DNA of 64,000 nucleotides from Thiotrichales bacterium (GTDB lineage Bacteria; Pseudomonadota; Gammaproteobacteria; Francisellales; CACEW01): NCBI GenBank assembly GCA_947478525.1, contig CANJVU010000003.1, positions 55,562 to 119,561 of the forward strand, read 5' to 3'. Shown piece by piece: positions 60,577 to 64,000 of this stretch (position 1 is its first letter; each line of letters starts with the position of its first letter). The notes under the pieces were generated by a model. It saw only the letters and a program-made list of their open reading frames with translations, ran no database searches and was not told where the DNA came from. The position numbers and the translations under genes were made by a program.

Positions 60577-63500
60577 GAATTTCTCAAATCTGCATTCGTC
60601 GTCCGGTTTTCGCGACAGTATTAAGTTTGCTGTTGATTGTCGCAGGGTTATTGGCTTATCAAGAGTTGGCTTGGCGCTTTTATCCGGCCACCTTTAAACC
60701 CAAAGTAAGCATTCAAACCACTTATGTAGGTGCCAGCCCGACGCAGATTGAGGCCAGTATTACCGATCCGTTGGAAAATGCACTGGCCAATATTCCGGAT
60801 ATTGACAGCATCAGCTCTGACTCCAGTCAGGGCAGCAGTAATATCCAGGTTCAATTTTCATCGGTTTCTCAGCAAACCTTTATTATTGATCAGTCGCAAA
60901 TGCTGCAGGCCATCGCCAGTGTTAATTTACCCGCGGGGGCCAATCAGCCGATATTGCGTATGTCGGGCAAAGGCCAGAATATGTTGGCTGTGGTGGCGGT
61001 TTCTGATACCGAATTAAAGCCGGAGCAAGTGGTGGATTACGTCACCAACGTCTTGCAGAAACAATTACAACAACTGCCTGGTATTGGTCAGGTTCAGGTA
61101 GGCGCTGGCCAGCCGACGTTGCGCATCGCCTTAGATCCCTTGAAATTGGCGCAATGGAATTTGACGGCGCAGCAAGTGGTGCAAGTGTTGCAGGATAATA
61201 ATATTTCCTTACCTGCGGGGCAATTGATCAATAACCAACAGATTATTCCGCTGAATACCACTCTGACCCTGGCGAATATTGCCGAATTTAAAGCATTGAC
61301 CGTTGCCAACCGCAAAGGCCATTTGGTGCGATTAAGCGATGTGGCCAATGTTTTTATTGGTTATCAAAGTTTGACGGGAACATTCTCCACCGTCGATGGT
61401 AAGCCAGGTGTGGTGGTGTGGGTTTCTTATTCTGACGATGCCAATCCCCTGGCTTTGGGTCAGGCGCTGCGTGATCGCGTCATACAAATGCAAGCGGTGG
61501 CGCCCCCTGGCATGCAAATCAAAGAGTTGATCGATTTTAGTTTGATTCTGCAGCAGTCGGTTGATGAGGTGGTGTATACCATTTTAGAAGCGATTGCCCT
61601 GGTCGTATTGGTAACGTTTTTATTTCTCGGCAATTGGCGGGTAACGTTAATTCCCATTGTGACCATTCCGGTGTGTTTGATTGGTTCGTTTGTTTTTATG
61701 TTTTTGATGGGATTCAGTATTGACATCATGACCTTGCTGGCTTTTGTGTTGGCCGTTGGATTAGTGGTCGATGATGCCATTGTGGTGTTGGAGAATAATC
61801 ATCGTCACCTAGAAGCGGGTAAGTCGCCCAAAGAAGCTGCTAGTATTGGTATTCAAGAGATCAGCTTTGCCATTATTGCCATGACCATCTGTTTGGTTGC
61901 CGTTTACATGCCCGCCGGGTTTATGACTGGAAAAATGGCGGTGTATTTTCAAGAATTTTCCTTTACTCTGGCTGCTGCGGTTCTAGTGTCCGGCTTTGTG
62001 GCCTTGACTTTGTCACCGATGATGTGCAGTAAAGTGCTAACGTCCACTGCGGCAACCTCTCGTTATCAGAACTTTATCGAACAATTTTTTAACCGATTAC
62101 GTCTGCGTTATGCGCGCCTATTGCGCCGCGTGCTCAATGCGAAAAAATGGGTGGTGGTGTTGTTTGTGATTTTGTTAGGGATAGGTGTCTGGGTATTTCG
62201 TTCCTTACCGACCGAACTGATGCCTGCCACTGACCCTGGTGTGGTGATCAGCTATGTCGATACACCGGATACCGCCAGTACGGCCTTAACTTTTGCACAG
62301 GATCAGGCCTGGATGCGCCAAGTGCAGAAACTTCCTGAAGTGGCTTCTTATGTTTCAATGGCCGGTGGGAATTTTGACGATCAATTGAATGAAGCCTTTA
62401 ACATTATTCAGCTCAAACCTTTTGCGCAACGGACCCTTACCACGCCAGAAGTGGCAGAGCAAATTAGTCAGTTGGGACGCAATATGCCGGGCATCGATAA
62501 TGGTGCGATGGCGATGGATCTTAACTCCACTGAAAATATGTTTAACCGTGGCTCAATCAAATTTTACGTCGTAGGATTGTTACCGCGCGATCAACTGGTG
62601 ATTGCAGCAAATCGTTTGGGTGATGCCTTGAAAAATCTGAAAAGCATACACAATGTCAGCGTTGATTCTGATGTGGGCTCGCAACAATATAACATCGGTA
62701 TTGTGCGTGATCGCGCCGCACAGTTGGGTGTTGCTACCACCGACATTACGCAGTCGATTCAAATTTTGCTGGGAGGCGATCAGTTAAGTCAAGGTTATCA
62801 AATGAATGGCATTACTTATCCCCTTGTGGTGCAAATGAATGCACGGTTTTTGCAAGATTTGTCAGCGTTGGATATGATTTTTGTGCCCAGTGGCAGTGGT
62901 AAGTTGGTGCCATTGGCGCAGCTGGTTACCGTCACGCCGATCTCGGGTGCAGCTGATCGTCAGCACTTCGGTGGGCTACCTGCCATTGATATTTCGGTCA
63001 CGGTCAATGCGGCTGAAGGGTACACCACCGGACAGGTGGTGGATCAAATTAATCAATTGGCACGGCAGATGTTGGGTGGTAGTACGCAGATTGCCTATGG
63101 TCCTAATGTCACGCGCATGTTGCAAAATGATAGCAGCATGGCGATGGTGTTCAGCTTTGGCTTAATTTTTATTTACCTGATTTTGGCGGCATTATTTGAG
63201 AGTTTCTTAGATCCACTGATTGTATTGTTGACCGTGCCCTTGTGTGTGGTGGGTGCGTTATTATTGCTGAAAATAACCGGTGGTACGGTGAACCTTTTTA
63301 CCGGTCTTGGTTTGGTGACCTTGATTGGCTTGATTTCCAAGCATGGTGTGTTGATTGCACGCTTTGCCAATGAAAGGTTGGCGCAGGGGGCTACAAAGCT
63401 AGATGCGGTGGTAGAAGCTGCGTCGATTCGCTTGCGCCCCATCTTAATGACCACTGCAACCATGGTGTTGGGTGCGGTGCCCCTATTATTCGCGGTGGGT

Positions 63501-63626
63501 GCAGATGCCGTCTCGCGTCAACAAATTGGGGTGGTGATTGTTGCTGGTCTCTTGATCGGAACGGTGTTTTCCTTGTTCGTGGTGCCGGTGGCGTATATAT
63601 TGCTTAAAAAAGGTGAAAAAATATGA
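60573..63626 (+). CDS. RND efflux transporter permease (AcrB/Mdt family)
   Basis: 1017 aa. N-terminal ICIRRPVFATVLSLLLIVAGL, 12 TM segments with two large periplasmic loops, and VVDDAIVVLEN. Confidence 0.93.
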   Translation: MRISQICIRRPVFATVLSLLLIVAGLLAYQELAWRFYPATFKPKVSIQTTYVGASPTQIEASITDPLENALANIPDIDSISSDSSQGSSNIQVQFSSVSQQTFIIDQSQMLQAIASVNLPAGANQPILRMSGKGQNMLAVVAVSDTELKPEQVVDYVTNVLQKQLQQLPGIGQVQVGAGQPTLRIALDPLKLAQWNLTAQQVVQVLQDNNISLPAGQLINNQQIIPLNTTLTLANIAEFKALTVANRKGHLVRLSDVANVFIGYQSLTGTFSTVDGKPGVVVWVSYSDDANPLALGQALRDRVIQMQAVAPPGMQIKELIDFSLILQQSVDEVVYTILEAIALVVLVTFLFLGNWRVTLIPIVTIPVCLIGSFVFMFLMGFSIDIMTLLAFVLAVGLVVDDAIVVLENNHRHLEAGKSPKEAASIGIQEISFAIIAMTICLVAVYMPAGFMTGKMAVYFQEFSFTLAAAVLVSGFVALTLSPMMCSKVLTSTAATSRYQNFIEQFFNRLRLRYARLLRRVLNAKKWVVVLFVILLGIGVWVFRSLPTELMPATDPGVVISYVDTPDTASTALTFAQDQAWMRQVQKLPEVASYVSMAGGNFDDQLNEAFNIIQLKPFAQRTLTTPEVAEQISQLGRNMPGIDNGAMAMDLNSTENMFNRGSIKFYVVGLLPRDQLVIAANRLGDALKNLKSIHNVSVDSDVGSQQYNIGIVRDRAAQLGVATTDITQSIQILLGGDQLSQGYQMNGITYPLVVQMNARFLQDLSALDMIFVPSGSGKLVPLAQLVTVTPISGAADRQHFGGLPAIDISVTVNAAEGYTTGQVVDQINQLARQMLGGSTQIAYGPNVTRMLQNDSSMAMVFSFGLIFIYLILAALFESFLDPLIVLLTVPLCVVGALLLLKITGGTVNLFTGLGLVTLIGLISKHGVLIARFANERLAQGATKLDAVVEAASIRLRPILMTTATMVLGAVPLLFAVGADAVSRQQIGVVIVAGLLIGTVFSLFVVPVAYILLKKGEKI

Positions 63627-64000
63627 TTTTAAGTATGACTGGCTTTGCGCGCGAGCGCATCAATACGCCGCAAGGTGAATTGATTTGGGAAATTCGTACG
63701 GTGAATCATCGCCATCTTGATCTTTCCTTGAAGCTGCCAGAAGCCTTGCGTGATCTGGATCCGTTGGTTCGCGATCTGGTGCGCCAAGGGGTGTCGCGTG
63801 GTAAAATCGACGTTACCTTAAATTTCAATGCCACCACCGCAGTGCAAGAGTTGAAGCTAAACCTACCGTTGGTGCAGCAGTTATTAGCGACTTCTGAGCA
63901 GGTAACCAATCTCAGTAATGCCGCGACGCCGTTGGCGACGATTGATATTTTGCGTTGGCCAGGCGTGCTGCAATCTAACGAAGCCGATATGGATGTGCTA
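63623..64000 (+). CDS. yicC: YicC-family stress-induced protein, N-terminal part (continues past the right edge of the window)
   Basis: MILSMTGFARERINTPQGELIWEIRTVNHRHLDLSLKLPE. The opening parallels what I recall of the E. coli YicC N-terminus. The ATG overlaps the RND stop (ATATGA). Open to the window end (126 codons). Confidence 0.85.
   Translation, partial: MILSMTGFARERINTPQGELIWEIRTVNHRHLDLSLKLPEALRDLDPLVRDLVRQGVSRGKIDVTLNFNATTAVQELKLNLPLVQQLLATSEQVTNLSNAATPLATIDILRWPGVLQSNEADMDVL

Overview
64-kb chromosomal window from a moderately AT-rich gammaproteobacterium. RpoB, RpoC and the ribosomal proteins look typically gammaproteobacterial, but the exact taxon cannot be set from this sequence. 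Layout: (1) 1-1.7 kb holds a truncated hypothetical gene, two tandem paralogous 92-aa ORFs and a 400-bp ORF-free spacer rich in hairpins. (2) aroE-aroK. (3) 3.3-12.6 kb is an accessory block. It holds a 1588-aa evolved VgrG with a C-terminal alpha/beta-hydrolase domain, translationally coupled to a beta-propeller lipoprotein. A divergent short VgrG-like gene and two paralogous beta-barrel OMP genes follow. (4) The conserved secE-nusG-rplK-rplA-rplJ-rplL-rpoB-rpoC block. (5) 24.6-43.8 kb is a Wzx/Wzy-type O-antigen cluster with three nucleotide-sugar pathways: CDP-dideoxyhexose-like (rfbF/G/H plus epimerase and reductase), GDP-D-rhamnose-like (manC, gmd, rmd) and dTDP-L-rhamnose (rmlACDB). It also carries galE, three glycosyltransferases and an initiating phosphotransferase. 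(6) Housekeeping genes: rlmC-like methyltransferase, queG, tauE-family, aceE-aceF, a chromosomal traT homolog, cls, yccA-tusD-tusC, nth / APC permease / RnfB-like ferredoxin / metG, an RND efflux pair and the 5' part of yicC. I found no rRNA, tRNA, CRISPR array, transposase or integrase. Most notable: the VgrG-hydrolase and lipoprotein pair, with no other T6SS core gene in the window. Next, GC-rich palindromic REP-like elements, one translated in frame inside the AceF linker and one in the rpoB-rpoC spacer. Next, an RfbH/ColD-family 3-dehydratase that lacks the Fe-S cysteine motif, in a cluster with no E3 reductase gene. Finally, G8 and G7 homopolymer tracts inside wzx and rmlA.
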